A stretch of DNA of 64,000 bases from an uncultured delta proteobacterium (lineage in GTDB: Bacteria; Desulfobacterota; Binatia; Bin18). Under the pieces are notes generated by a model. That model searched no databases. It saw only the letters and a list, made by a program, of their open reading frames with translations, and was not told the origin of the DNA. The stretch lies in the NCBI GenBank assembly GCA_963733195.1, contig CAVTCR010000006.1, positions 39,947 through 103,946 of the forward strand, given 5' to 3'. Positions 10,599 to 21,781 of this stretch are shown one piece after another. A program made the translations under genes and the position numbers. The stretch's first letter is position 1. The number at the start of each line of letters is the position of its first letter.

Positions 10599-10912
10599 AG
10601 GTTTTCCTCCCTCGTTTAGCTGCCTCTCTGGCGGCTTCTAGAGAAGAGAACGATTGAATTGCAGAAAAGTTCCCCAGAAAAAGGGAGGCCTTTTGTCGCC
10701 TTTTCAATTTTGGAGAGGAGGACTCCTAGTGGTTGGAGGGCAATCCCGAATCTTCTGGGTATTCGCGCTTGCGTTGAGAGACAGGCACTCGAACCAGGCC
10801 GACTCGGGGAAATGTTGCTAAGACGAAAGCGACCACGAGACCAATGACAGTGATGAGCAATAGATACGAGAGCATGGTGTTCTCCTGTGCTGTGTTCTTC
10901 TCTGTCCTAGGG

Positions 10913-11245
10913 TTAGAGCAAATCGTTATCATGCGGACCAGTGCCATAAGGAAACCGAATGTTGATATCAACGCCAAAGTCACAGACAGGCGTGTTGCAC
11001 TTTCCACAGGCAATGGCCGCGACGACGTCATTCGCGCAGACCTCATCTTGTGTAATCGATATTCCTTCACCATCAACGGCAAGCTTCCGGAGTTGCCACT
11101 GATATTGAACAAACTGTTTGATGTTACCACATCTTGGGCACTGGTACTGCATCTCATCCTCCTCAACGACATTTTGGCCGAGAAAAGAGGGTTGGTGTAT
11201 AAGGTCCCCACCCAGTTGAACGTCACCTGTCTTTGTTATCGTCAA
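10913..11245 (-). CDS. Putative zinc-ribbon protein
   Basis: CPRC...CGKC cysteine pairs; start uncertain. Confidence 0.55.
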   Translation of the reverse strand: MTITKTGDVQLGGDLIHQPSFLGQNVVEEDEMQYQCPRCGNIKQFVQYQWQLRKLAVDGEGISITQDEVCANDVVAAIACGKCNTPVCDFGVDINIRFPYGTGPHDNDLL

Positions 11246-11281
11246 GTGGAAGTATTTCTTTAATGATTGCTGTGCGAACGA

Positions 11282-11316
11282 CGGATTCCCCTCGCTTTCT
11301 CAGCGAAGGGAATCCA
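11282..11316. terminator. Stem-loop downstream of the amidohydrolase gene
   Basis: GGATTCCC..CGCT/AGCG..GGGAATCC inverted repeat. Confidence 0.55.
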
Positions 11317-11400
11317 TAAGGCTAGAGACCGGGTGAATGGAGAGAAATGGAGCGCTCGGGTGCAGGGAGGACTGTCGAGGTTTCGATAGTTCCCGAGGAG

Positions 11401-12552
11401 TTAAATTTTGTACAAATTTTTCACATTCTCGCCGGCAATTTGCTTTTGCACAGGTAACGGGAGTGGAGCGAGCATTTCTTTGAGTTCTCGTACGTAGTGG
11501 CCACCGTGATCAGGATGAGGATAGTCTGTCGCCCACATCAGACGGTCTGTCCCAATGTAATCAACTAACAACGAAAGCGCTCGCTCGTCAGGGTCCGCTG
11601 AAATCCAACACTGTCGTCGTAAATATGAACTCGGAAGTTCTTTGAGTTTGCATGAGGCGCCAACCGGTACTTTGTAAAACGCATCCATGCGGTCGATCCA
11701 GAACCCGACCCAGCCAGCGCCGCTTTCCAAAACCACCAACTTCAACTGCGGGAAACGATCGAATACACCGTATTGGAAAAAGGTGGTAAATGCCATTTGC
11801 GAGCCGAAACCCGCAAAGACGTTGTAATACCACCCGGTTTTATGCCCCATGTCTTTGAAACGCAGGTGCGGATTGGTGGCGACCGGCTCAAGGGTAGGGT
11901 GAATCGCAATCGGTACATCTAACTCCTGAGCCTTGGCCCACAACGGGTCGTGGTCAGGATGTCCATGCGGCTTCTTCGTAATCGTAAACGGAGCAACGAA
12001 CCCGCCCACCGCGCCTACTTTGACAGTACGTTCGAGCTCTCGTACTGCCTCGTCTATGTCGCCAAGAGAGAGATGGGCGACCGGCAACAAACGACCGCCA
12101 GTGCCTTTGCAGAAATCGAGAATCCAACGATTATAAGCACGGCAATAGGCCGAAGAAATTTCTATGTCTTCAACTTCAGCTTCCCACAAAATGCCGAGCG
12201 TTGGATAAAGGATGGCTTTATCCGTCCCCTCCTGGTCGAGCAATTGGAGGCGTTCCGAGGCTTCCATTGCGCCAAAAGGTGCACCGCGTACATAGGTCCT
12301 CTCTGGTGACGGGATTGTTTCTTTTGCCGTCTTCCCCATACCACCTAGAAAACCCAGGGTGCCGTGGGCACTGAGTTTTGATTTGTGTCCGTCGAGTTCA
12401 AGGTATTCAAGTCCGCGTTCGTCGACTTTGATGCGGATCGCACGGTCACGATACTTTGCTTCGAGGTAACGTTCCCAGAGATCCGGGGGTTCGAGAATAT
12501 GGCCATCGGCATCAATCACGCCGGGGAACGGCATGCGGTCCGTTGTTGTCAT
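11401..12552 (-). CDS. Amidohydrolase_2 family protein
   Basis: IDADGH, LESGAGW, WATDYPHPD motifs; GGAGG RBS before ATG 12552. Confidence 0.9.
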   Translation of the reverse strand: MTTTDRMPFPGVIDADGHILEPPDLWERYLEAKYRDRAIRIKVDERGLEYLELDGHKSKLSAHGTLGFLGGMGKTAKETIPSPERTYVRGAPFGAMEASERLQLLDQEGTDKAILYPTLGILWEAEVEDIEISSAYCRAYNRWILDFCKGTGGRLLPVAHLSLGDIDEAVRELERTVKVGAVGGFVAPFTITKKPHGHPDHDPLWAKAQELDVPIAIHPTLEPVATNPHLRFKDMGHKTGWYYNVFAGFGSQMAFTTFFQYGVFDRFPQLKLVVLESGAGWVGFWIDRMDAFYKVPVGASCKLKELPSSYLRRQCWISADPDERALSLLVDYIGTDRLMWATDYPHPDHGGHYVRELKEMLAPLPLPVQKQIAGENVKNLYKI

Positions 12553-12688
12553 GAAAAAGCCTCCTTGTGACTCTAAGCCTGAGTGATGAGTGCTGAGGAC
12601 TGAGTCCAAACCATTTCGAGTTCTGGGTTTCGAGAAAAAGTCCTCTCTTTTCTCTCGTTCCTCATTGCTCAGTATTCGGCATTCAATA

Positions 12689-13298
12689 TCACGGTGTTGG
12701 TGCAGCGACCACTGGTGCAAGGTCGGTGACGAGTCGTCCAAGAATGGTCTCCAGGCTGCGACTCATAGCTTCTGCGATTGCCTCGGGATTGCGTTTCGCG
12801 GCTTGCTGGGTAGCGGAATAAGATTGAAACCACACTGGGGTACGTTCTCCAGAGCGAACGAGCCAGAAGTCAATGCTGATGGCAGCTTCCCACGTTTTCT
12901 CACCGTCGATTTCCTCGAATTGTTGGACTGTGCCATCAAGGACGAAATCAGCTATGGCATCAAAATTTGGAAATACCTGCGCAAACAGCCCACTCCCGCG
13001 CAGGTATCGACGAGTCCATGTAGTGACCTGTTCTCCTGGCGGTGAGGCCCAGCGATGATAGTTATAGAGATCAAAGGCGTATGAAGATGAACGATACACG
13101 ATGCGTTCTTGATCATAGGGGTCGCGCGCACCGATCGGACGGACAACAAGTGATACTTGTCTGCGTGCTCGGTGTTTCGGGAACAGTGAGTGTTAACGTA
13201 TAGTGGTGCACTTCTGGACGTGGCTTAGTGAAACTACACGCATCGAGATTGATACTCCATACCACAACTCCCCACGTCAACCACATCCGCATGTTCAT
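12689..13298 (-). CDS. PqiC-like ABC transport auxiliary lipoprotein (frameshifted)
   Basis: Lipobox-like LDAC, Y..YHRWASPP motif; split into ORFs 13113-13298 and 12689-13099. Confidence 0.75.
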
Positions 13299-14273
13299 TT
13301 GTCAGGAATCTCTTTCTCCGGCAGGTTCTTGCCCCACACGATTTCTGAGGGATCGTCCTTCAGGGTACTAACAGTTTCTTTCAAGTGACGAGAGGCCTCG
13401 CTTAAGTTCAGCAGAAGCTGGCGAAACTCTTTGTGGTTATCGGCCACGACATCATCGAACCGTACTGCGAGTTGATCGGCATGTTTAGCCAGATCAGTAG
13501 CATGCTTTACAATCTCCCGAGTTTCCCCGGCAAGCTCGGCTGTCACTGCTGCGGTTTGTCGAATCTGGGTGAGCATCGCACGCCCTTCATTGAAAAGGTC
13601 ACCGCGAATATCGTTAATTGCATCGGTGGCACTTTTAATGCCCGCAGCTGCCTGCGCCAGATTATCGACCATAGCTTTCAGTGACGCGCGGGTGGCTGGA
13701 GTGGACACGTCGTCCAGTGACGTGCTGAGTGTTTCCGAGATGTGAGAGGCGTTGCGCAAGAAGGTAGAAAAGGCCGCGCGATTCTCTTCATTTAGAAGAT
13801 CTTGCTCGATCCTAGTGAGGGTCGAGAGGATACGTGTGGCAATTTCACTCGCTTGGTCGCGAAACTGTTCAAATTCTCCAGTACTCACAGGAATGGTTCC
13901 GCCGAATTCGAGGGGCGGTGCAGTAGCAGAACCGCCGGTGAGTTCGACAAAGCGAATGCCGGTGACAAGGGAACCGACCAAGTGTGCACTCGTGTCTTTG
14001 CGAATAGGGGTGCCTGGCTCTAAGGCGACCGTAACAGCAGGCACGTGGAGGTGTCTCGTTGGTCAACCGAACTCCTTCGACTTTGCCAACTGTTACTCCG
14101 AGATACTCTACCGCTGCTCCTGGGAGGAGGCCACTGACGGACTGCTCGAAGACAATCTTATAATTATCCACCGGCTGAAAAAATCGTGACCCTGCGAGCC
14201 AGAGGATAGCGGCAGCTAAAATGAAGAAACTGATAGTAACAAATATTCCTACCTTAAGACGGGTTTTGCCCAT
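13295..14273 (-). CDS. mlaD: MlaD/MCE-family protein (frameshifted)
   Basis: TM then SVSGL..GA.VEY.GV.VG.V MCE motif, helical tail; frameshift near 14040. Confidence 0.85.
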
Positions 14274-15080
14274 GCTCTCCTCCATCAACGAGCAGTGTGT
14301 CCAGCAATCCTCGCTCCATCGTCAGCGAGCGCGGTTGACGATCAAAAAATGCACGTACATGAGGATTGTCCGACGAGCGTACCTGAGCAAGTGCGCCGGC
14401 AGCAATCACTTTGCCGCCATGGAGCATGATTGCCTGATCTGCGATCATCTGAATACTGCTGAGTTCATGCGTCACGATCATTATCGTGACCCCGAGTTGT
14501 GCTTTCAGCCGGAGGACGAGTTCGTCAATTTCACGTGCTGTGACGGGGTCGAGTCCAGCTGACAGTTCATCGAACAAGAGCAGCGTCGGATCAAGCGCAA
14601 GCGCACGCGCGATAGCTGCACGCTTCTTCATGCCACCGCTAATCTCGGAGGGGAGGAGGTGAGCTGCATGTTCCAGCCCACTAAGGAGAGCTTCATCCGT
14701 GCGAGCATACGTGCGTTGCTTGGTCAGCCCCAGCATGTTCCATGATTGGCAATGCGATATTGTCCTCTAAGGACATCGAATTAAACAGGGCTCCGGCTTG
14801 AAAAGACATGCCGATGTTCCGCAGGATCGCTTCTTGCTCGTCTTCTGACGCGCGATGAAAGTCTTGTCCATTGATGAGTATGCGACCTGAAGCTGGAGTG
14901 AGGAGCCCGACAATATGACGAAGGAGCGTGCTTTTTCCAGCAGCCACTGCCGCCGAGAATGACGGTGATCTCTCCGCGATGCGCAGTCATGGAAACGTCG
15001 TCGAGAATGGTGCGGGTGCCATAGCGAGCAACTAAGTGTTCTACTTGGACGTACGGGGAAGGCTCAGGCACTGTCACCAT
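14254..15080 (-). CDS. mlaF: MlaF-like ABC ATP-binding protein (frameshifted)
   Basis: GGSG.GKS Walker A, ISGGMKKRAAIARA, LLFDE across three ORF pieces. Confidence 0.85.
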
Positions 15081-15084
15081 GTGT

Positions 15085-16176
15085 TTATTCTACGTAGAAA
15101 AAGATCGTGGTAAAGACAGCGTCAGCAAGAATGCAGAGCACGATTGACGTTACTACTGATGCGGTTGTGTTTGTGCCCACTCCTTCAGCACCGCCGCGCA
15201 CATAGAATCCCCGGTAGCAAGACACGAGACCAATGAGCAACGCAAAGACCAGGCTTTTTACCATACCGGTAACGAGATCGCTGATAAGCAGAGACTGTGC
15301 AGTTTGCTGGACATAATTACGGCTGCCAAGGCCAAGCACGATGACTCCCACCCAATACCCGCCAAAAATTCCGGCAAGATTCGATAGGATGGTGAGGCAG
15401 GGAACCGCACACAGCAAGGCGAGTATCCGCGGTATGAGGAGAAAGCGACTCGGGCTGAGCGCCATGGTGCGCATGGCGTCGATCTCTTCTGAAACGACCA
15501 TGGTGCCTAACTCGGCGGTAATTGCCGAACCGCTACGACCAGCGACGATGATGGCGGTAATCAATGGTGCCATCTCTCGTGACATCGAGACCCCAACAAG
15601 GTTGGCAATATAGATGGCTGCGCCGAACTGACGTAGTTGGCTTGCGGCGTTGAGGGCCAGGACCGCTCCGATCAGAAACGATAGGAAGGTGACGATTGGC
15701 ACTCCTTCTACGCCGATTTTTACGATCTGCTCAACGGTCCGATCCCATTTGACCCCCTTGCCGTGCCACGGCGCAATAAAAATTCCATGGACGATCTCAC
15801 CGATGATCTCCATGATTTGTCTCCCTGTCGCTACAAATTCAAGCGTTTGTTCGCCGACCTCCTCAACCGGGGAAAGATCTTCTGTGGTTGATACGGTCTC
15901 TTTGAGGAGTCCTGCTTCAAGTCCAGTAAACGCTTGACGTGCTTGCTGGGAGAGCTGAGCAAAGCGAATGTCAACACCTTGCTCGCGGCCTTCAATGACG
16001 AGGCGGAGAAGAGTGGCGGCCTCAAGGCTCGTCATTGTGGTGTACTCTTTCAAATTCAACACCACGTGTGAGCCTGAAGTGGCTCGGTGTAGTATTTGCT
16101 CACGCAAGGAGGGAAGGGAAAGCCCCTCAGCAGAACGTGTAGCAGTAAGAACAAGAGGTTCCACGAAACGACGCAA
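15085..16176 (-). CDS. mlaE: MlaE permease with N-terminal STAS-like domain
   Basis: REMAPLITAIIVAGRSGSAITAELGTM..EEIDA motif. Confidence 0.9.
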   Translation of the reverse strand: MRRFVEPLVLTATRSAEGLSLPSLREQILHRATSGSHVVLNLKEYTTMTSLEAATLLRLVIEGREQGVDIRFAQLSQQARQAFTGLEAGLLKETVSTTEDLSPVEEVGEQTLEFVATGRQIMEIIGEIVHGIFIAPWHGKGVKWDRTVEQIVKIGVEGVPIVTFLSFLIGAVLALNAASQLRQFGAAIYIANLVGVSMSREMAPLITAIIVAGRSGSAITAELGTMVVSEEIDAMRTMALSPSRFLLIPRILALLCAVPCLTILSNLAGIFGGYWVGVIVLGLGSRNYVQQTAQSLLISDLVTGMVKSLVFALLIGLVSCYRGFYVRGGAEGVGTNTTASVVTSIVLCILADAVFTTIFFYVE

Positions 16177-16416
16177 CTTTCTTTTTCAATGCGATTCGGT
16201 TTTGGCCGTTCCCTATTGTTCTTAGAGGCTGAAGCAGGGCCTGTAAAGATCAAGGTCCAAAGGCGAAGTTTTTAGAGAAAGGCCTAAAGCTTTTTCCTTA
16301 CCTTCCGATCTCACTGGTAGAGAGAATCGTTGGGGGAAAGAAAAAAGCCAGGCCGAAACTTTTACGGAACGGCGACATTTAATCAGAGTGAGACATCTGC
16401 GTAAGGAGGATGTGTC

Positions 16417-16638
16417 ATGATTAATCGTACACAAGCGGGCTTTCGTTGTCATACACGCCATTTGGTTCGTACTGTGAAGGGGGATTTGCCTCGGGAGAGC
16501 CACGGGACCATTCTCTATGAGATGGAAAATCTTGGGCGACAGCTTATTCTTGTGAACTGGGATAACGGAATTGCAGTTCCTGTGTTCCCTGACGAGATCG
16601 AGATTGAACCCCCAGTATCCACTGGCCCTATGCCATAG
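16417..16638 (+). CDS. Small hypothetical protein (SH3-like beta fold possible)
   Basis: 73 aa with strong AAGGAGG RBS. Confidence 0.6.
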   Translation: MINRTQAGFRCHTRHLVRTVKGDLPRESHGTILYEMENLGRQLILVNWDNGIAVPVFPDEIEIEPPVSTGPMP

Positions 16639-16858
16639 CTACAATCTGTAGCCTCCCGTCTCCGGATACTGCGTGGGCGCAAACGTTCTACGAATGCGTG
16701 GTGGTGTGAAACTTTTCTCTCTTGCCTTTTCTTGTGACTCTCCTTGCCTGAGATGTCGCACGAATTTCCTCGGTAGCCATTGCCGTTTTAACTTTGGCGA
16801 GCCATCGTTATCTCCCCGGTGTTTGTTATGATAACCAACTTGCAGGGAGGACTGTACA

Positions 16859-17974
16859 GTGCGATGGAAACTCCAAGTGCTCACGAGGCAGATTCTTGCG
16901 ATTTTGCTCATTTTTCTGGCTATTTTAAGTTGCGGTAGAGCAAAAGAAGAACCTGCCACAAAAGAAGCGCAAGATCTCGAATCTTCGACTTCCTCTGGAG
17001 CTGTAACTGGAGAAGACGAGAACCAGGGGTCATTGCCGTTGCTGGATGAAGTGCATCAGCTGGCAGAATGGGGCGAGCCAGTAGAAGGCGAGAACCAGGC
17101 GTCATCGTCGTCTCCAACACTGCCTGTCCAGCAATCTCCGGTCACGACTGAGTTGCTGACTTCATCTGCTCGGAGTACCGTCATTATCGGGGGAGACCTT
17201 GGGCTGACAGTCAGCGGCGAAGGTATAGGAGATCCGAACCGTTCTTCTGCAGAATTGGAACAACAACTCCGTACGTTTCTGCCGCAACTCCGTGAGGTCT
17301 ATGACCAAGAGCTCACGCGCGACCCTCATGGTATGGGGAGTCTAGATGTAAAGATGACTATCGAGCCGAGCGGAAGAGTTTCAGAGCTACGTTTTCCGTT
17401 GAAGCGTGTGTCGAGTGAGAGGCTGACCTCTGCGGTATATGATGCTATGCGTGCGTGGCAGTTCTCATCCGCCGAACATCCGGTTGATCTTCGTTATCGG
17501 ATGATTCTTGTTCCGGCTGGAATGGACCCAGCATCCATCGGTAGATGGGAGAAACACTTGGCTGACCGGATAGAGGTTGATCGATCAGAAAGAGCGTCAC
17601 CAACAGTTGCACCACGCCGTACCTTAGAGCACCTGCTGAAAGAGCATGGGTTTGATCGATCAGAAAAAGTATCACCAACAGTTGCACCTGCCGAAGTCAC
17701 TTCCAGCGATAGAGTACCGCCTCGCCAGCAAGAAGCCGAGAGTCCTCGCCAATTTCTCGCGCAATGGTACCATGTGACTCGACCGACGGTGCTCTACGCA
17801 ACTCCTAACTCATCTGCTGCGGTAGTCACGCGATTACGACCAGGAAAACATATCTGGGTCATCGGTATGGTTGATGGCGAATGGCTTGAGGTCCGTTCGG
17901 TAAAAGGGCGACGACCTGGATTCCTCCCGCGTGAGGATGCGCAGCCTGAGCGACGAGAACGAGCACGACGCTAG
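16859..17974 (+). CDS. Lipoprotein with AgmX/PglI (TonB-C-like) domain and C-terminal SH3b domain
   Basis: LSC lipobox, LREVYDQEL..DP...G...V..TIEPSG.V, C-terminal P......V..L.PG..I.V...W..V..GF. Confidence 0.7.
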   Translation: MRWKLQVLTRQILAILLIFLAILSCGRAKEEPATKEAQDLESSTSSGAVTGEDENQGSLPLLDEVHQLAEWGEPVEGENQASSSSPTLPVQQSPVTTELLTSSARSTVIIGGDLGLTVSGEGIGDPNRSSAELEQQLRTFLPQLREVYDQELTRDPHGMGSLDVKMTIEPSGRVSELRFPLKRVSSERLTSAVYDAMRAWQFSSAEHPVDLRYRMILVPAGMDPASIGRWEKHLADRIEVDRSERASPTVAPRRTLEHLLKEHGFDRSEKVSPTVAPAEVTSSDRVPPRQQEAESPRQFLAQWYHVTRPTVLYATPNSSAAVVTRLRPGKHIWVIGMVDGEWLEVRSVKGRRPGFLPREDAQPERRERARR

Positions 17975-18011
17975 TGAGAGCAACACGTGCCTATTGGGGA
18001 GACTGCTAGGA

Positions 18012-19463
18012 TCATCGCGCCCGACGAAAACGCAGCTTATACGCCCGCCCAAGCAAAACCGCACCTGACCAGAGCCCAACAAGTGCTAAGGGAAGAGTAA
18101 GCACTCGTGGCCACAAGATCGCAAGTGCCGCAAGCGCGAAAAGGAGAACCCCTCCGCCTACCAGGACCGTTGCTTCGGCAGGGCCGAGTACTCGACGGTT
18201 CGTCATTGCAGCACCGAGGGCATTACTGAGTCGCAATGCTCCAGCCACGGCGCGTCCCGCACTGCCTTGTCCTCTGGGGACTGTTGGTACTTCTTGCCCG
18301 ACGACTTTTGCGCGTTGGACTTTTCGCCTCGTGCTCAAAACAATCTCTGTTGTCTGCGTGAGGTCGTCGAGGAACATGGCTTCCATTTGCTGGGCAAAGA
18401 AATTGTCTTCAACCGCGACGTCGAGTTCCCAGTTCCCCAACCAACTTGCTGGATTGAGGTTAGTTGAGCCGACCCTGGCCCAGTGACCATCCGCGACTGC
18501 TGTTTTGGCATGCAACATCGGTCCGTTCCACTCGAACACGCGCACTCCACCTTCGAGCAGTGCACGATAGCCTGCGCGAGATAAAGCCCTCACTAGGACA
18601 TTATCACTGGCACCAGGCACGAGGAGGCGTACGTCTACGCCGTCGCGTGCTGCAGCGATCAGTGCCTGGACGTAAACCGTCGTTCCCACAAAGTAGGCGT
18701 CAGTGAGCCAGAGCGATCGGCGAGCACCTGCGGCGATCAGCGTATCCAGGCGAAATAGCCCGGCTGTACTTGGTTCACTGGCGATAACGCGAAGCCCGAC
18801 GTCGCCGACCGCAGCAAGGCTGGTACGATGGGGAACCTCAGATTTGGGGAGTGGAGTCCCTGTAATATCCCACATCCGAGCAAATGCATGTTCCAGGTCG
18901 GCGACGGCTGGTCCCTGGATTTCAACCCCTGTGTCTCGCCAAGGTGCAAGTCCGCGACTAGTATCTCCTTCCCATATCTTGCCAATGCACAACCCGGTCA
19001 CGAAGCCGATGCGTCTATCGACTGTAAGCATCTTACGATGGTCTCGGCTGATCCAGCCAAACGGGCTACTCCACTGAAATGGATTGACACAGCGAACTTC
19101 AATGTGAGCCTCGCGCAGTTTGCGCCAAAAGCGCTGTGAGGTTTTTCCCAACGCACCCATCCAGTCGTAGAGTACACGGACCCGTACTCCCTCACGTTGC
19201 TTGCCAATAAGGGCGTCGGCGAAGCGATGGCCAACGACATCATCACAAATGATGTAGTTCTCAAGGTGAATACTTTGCTTGGCGTTTCCAATTGCATCAA
19301 GCCATGCGGGATAATTCTCGGTTGCATCTTTTAACAATCGAAGGCTGTTCCCAGGAATAAGCGGGGCACCGGCAGCCCGTGAGAAGGCTTGATCCGCAAG
19401 CAACCGTGCTGTCGAAGAGAGGTCGTGCTCCAGCGTCGCCTCGGGTAGCCGATGGTCATTCAT
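18012..19463 (-). CDS. cls: Cardiolipin synthase / phospholipase D
   Basis: Two HKD motifs ([18 protein letters not shown]). Confidence 0.9.
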   Translation of the reverse strand: MNDHRLPEATLEHDLSSTARLLADQAFSRAAGAPLIPGNSLRLLKDATENYPAWLDAIGNAKQSIHLENYIICDDVVGHRFADALIGKQREGVRVRVLYDWMGALGKTSQRFWRKLREAHIEVRCVNPFQWSSPFGWISRDHRKMLTVDRRIGFVTGLCIGKIWEGDTSRGLAPWRDTGVEIQGPAVADLEHAFARMWDITGTPLPKSEVPHRTSLAAVGDVGLRVIASEPSTAGLFRLDTLIAAGARRSLWLTDAYFVGTTVYVQALIAAARDGVDVRLLVPGASDNVLVRALSRAGYRALLEGGVRVFEWNGPMLHAKTAVADGHWARVGSTNLNPASWLGNWELDVAVEDNFFAQQMEAMFLDDLTQTTEIVLSTRRKVQRAKVVGQEVPTVPRGQGSAGRAVAGALRLSNALGAAMTNRRVLGPAEATVLVGGGVLLFALAALAILWPRVLTLPLALVGLWSGAVLLGRAYKLRFRRAR

Positions 19464-19484
19464 ACCGTGGGCAGTACAGAAGCG

Positions 19485-20894
19485 TTAGGATGTTTGCCCA
19501 GCAACCGATAAGCGCAGTTCTTCGCTGGTATGAGGGAGACCTTTTGCCTGCTCAATCCAGTCGCGAATCTGGGCGAGAATCGGCAAAATTCGCGAGAGTT
19601 GTTTGGTTGCATTAACATCCAGAAACTTTTGGTGAAGGGTTTCTGCCGTGCATTTCGTCAGTTCGGTGACGGAATCAATGCCTGCAGCGTTTAGCAATTC
19701 TGCATAGATTCCCGACATGCCTTTAAGGCGCAAGAATTCGGCCTGTCGAACCCATTGGAGGATGAGCGATAAGGGGATTCCTGTCTTGCTCGAAATCTCA
19801 TCTCGTCCCTCTGAAGACAAGCCTTTCTCCAACAGAGCCGCTCTGGAAGTGATTCCAGCCTCCCGCAGCTTTGGTAAATATTCGTCATTGAGACTTTTGA
19901 TTTCGCTCAGGTCTGTTGTTAACACGCGAGGCTTTGTGGCCAACCACTCCCGAGGAAGGCTTGAGGGAGTGCGGTGATGCAAGCTGGGAGAGAATTGGAG
20001 AGGGACGGTGATGGGTTCGCTCTTGCGATGAAGAAGCAACTCGAGGCCGGCGATGCGTGCCTGCAGACGTGTAATGGTTGCCTCTTTCTCTCGAAGCGTT
20101 ACTTGGTGACGCGTCTTGAGTTCACTTATCCTCGCCTCCTTAGTGATGCTGTCCTCGTCAGGAAACTTGAGGGTATTAATATGGGCTTGCAGACGAATAA
20201 TCTCAGCATCCTTGTCTCGTACCGCAGTTTGGTAGTAAGCCTCGGCTTCTTGCAGCGTGCTCGTGCATTCTGAGAGTTGTACACTCAATGGTTCTAGGGT
20301 AGCGACCTGCGCTTGAAGGTGGCTGATTGTAGTCTCTTTTTCGTTCAGTAGTGAGTGAAAGTGCGCTGTCAGCTCGGCAATATGATTCTCATGTTCCTTG
20401 AGGTTTTCATGGGGAGTGCTGTGTTCCTCCAGATGTAACAGCATCTGACGGAGTTCTTGGTCTTTATTCCCAAGTTCATTGTGCAAGGTCCGTACTTCTG
20501 TTTCGAGGGTTATTGCCGACTGCGTGTTTTGTTGCAGGGCAAGCTCAGTAGCTATCAGTCTCGTTTGTAACTTTTCGGTCTGTGCATTTGCCGCCGACAA
20601 GGTTGCGAATTGTTCGATAAGATCGGTTTCTAATTTGGCCAGCGAGGCTTCGCGACTTTGTAATGCAGTCGTGGCGATTTCCACCTGAGTGCGCAGGGCG
20701 TTGATCTGCATGGGGATGACCTCACGTTCTTTAGCAAGACTTTCCCGACTCTGCGCTAGGATTTCGTCTTGGCGAAGGGAAGCTGAACGTTTCTGAGAGA
20801 CAGACAATTGCTTGCACAACCAGCCAACAAACAGCCCTAGACCAAAAGCTGCAAGGAGGCAGACCCAGATTTGTTCAATGAGTACGAGAGACAT
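19485..20894 (-). CDS. Membrane-anchored coiled-coil protein with C-terminal DUF4332 (HhH) domain
   Basis: N-terminal TM, long heptad region, WVRQAEFLRLKG..GIYAELL.AAGIDSV.EL. Confidence 0.8.
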   Translation of the reverse strand: MSLVLIEQIWVCLLAAFGLGLFVGWLCKQLSVSQKRSASLRQDEILAQSRESLAKEREVIPMQINALRTQVEIATTALQSREASLAKLETDLIEQFATLSAANAQTEKLQTRLIATELALQQNTQSAITLETEVRTLHNELGNKDQELRQMLLHLEEHSTPHENLKEHENHIAELTAHFHSLLNEKETTISHLQAQVATLEPLSVQLSECTSTLQEAEAYYQTAVRDKDAEIIRLQAHINTLKFPDEDSITKEARISELKTRHQVTLREKEATITRLQARIAGLELLLHRKSEPITVPLQFSPSLHHRTPSSLPREWLATKPRVLTTDLSEIKSLNDEYLPKLREAGITSRAALLEKGLSSEGRDEISSKTGIPLSLILQWVRQAEFLRLKGMSGIYAELLNAAGIDSVTELTKCTAETLHQKFLDVNATKQLSRILPILAQIRDWIEQAKGLPHTSEELRLSVAGQTS

Positions 20895-20913
20895 AGGTTA
20901 GGTTCCTTTTGAC

Positions 20914-21564
20914 TCAGCTCCCAATAGCAGAGGAATGAACGATGATTTCCGTCCGACGATTACGTTGCCTTCCTTCCGCAGTTGCATTGTCAGCAATAGG
21001 CAAGGAAGAACCATATCCCTGCGCGACTAAGTGCTGTTCTGCGACTCCCCGAGCAATAAAATAATTCTTGACGGTTTCCGCCCGTCGCTGACTCAAAGCG
21101 AGATTATAGTCTTGAGCGCCAACATTGTCAGCGTGTCCAGCGATCTCGAGGTGCGTATTGGGGTTTTTACGCAGGATGGGGAGAAGAGTGTTCAGTGTTC
21201 CTCGTCCTTTCGGGGTCAGTCTGTCACTCTCGGCATAAAATTCGACTACCTTACTGCGAAGCGTCGGCGTCAAGGACTGTGGGTGTGACTGTTCCTTGCT
21301 TGTTCGTTCTGTAGGTTCTGCAGGTATAAGAGAATCTGTTGGTGTTGCTTCTAACGTTGGCAGGGGTAAAGACACTGGTGGTGACTCTATAACAACTGTG
21401 GAAGGTGGGACGACAGCCGAAGCGATAGGGGGAATTACAGCAGCTGCCGGAGGTGAGATGTCGGAAGGATGGTGTACGCCTGGCCCCACACTATGATGCC
21501 ACGTACAGAACAGCAAGAATCCTAAGAACGCAACAGTTCCTGCAACAATTCCGATCTTTTCCAT
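20914..21564 (-). CDS. OmpA-like peptidoglycan-binding protein
   Basis: GHADNVG..YNLALSQRRA..V, PIADN.T.EGR.RNRR. Confidence 0.9.
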   Translation of the reverse strand: MEKIGIVAGTVAFLGFLLFCTWHHSVGPGVHHPSDISPPAAAVIPPIASAVVPPSTVVIESPPVSLPLPTLEATPTDSLIPAEPTERTSKEQSHPQSLTPTLRSKVVEFYAESDRLTPKGRGTLNTLLPILRKNPNTHLEIAGHADNVGAQDYNLALSQRRAETVKNYFIARGVAEQHLVAQGYGSSLPIADNATAEGRQRNRRTEIIVHSSAIGS

Positions 21565-21781
21565 GATGGAAAATAATCCTCGTCTTGAGGGCTCACAAGG
21601 GTAAAGTTATGAGGAATGTAACAGGTTTTCACGGTGAAGACCCCTCACTTCTTGTAGTATGCAACCGAAATGGGGGACAAGACAAGTGTCTTATCTGGAA
21701 CAGCGTTTCGTTGGGAAAGAGAGAAAACCGTAATTCTGGACTGGTGTCGAGAGGAGGCAAACGGTATCCTCCTTTTCGGGT

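Noticed and set aside
10726-11263. Overlapping alternative ORFs around the zinc-ribbon gene, including a possible 49-aa membrane peptide
   Set aside because: No recognisable motif; cannot be supported from sequence alone
12553-12741. Long N-terminal extensions of the amidohydrolase (also pepN, NIPSNAP, DUF433 and BrnT) ORFs
   Set aside because: Good RBS and family similarity begin at internal start codons; the extensions run through repeats or neighbouring genes
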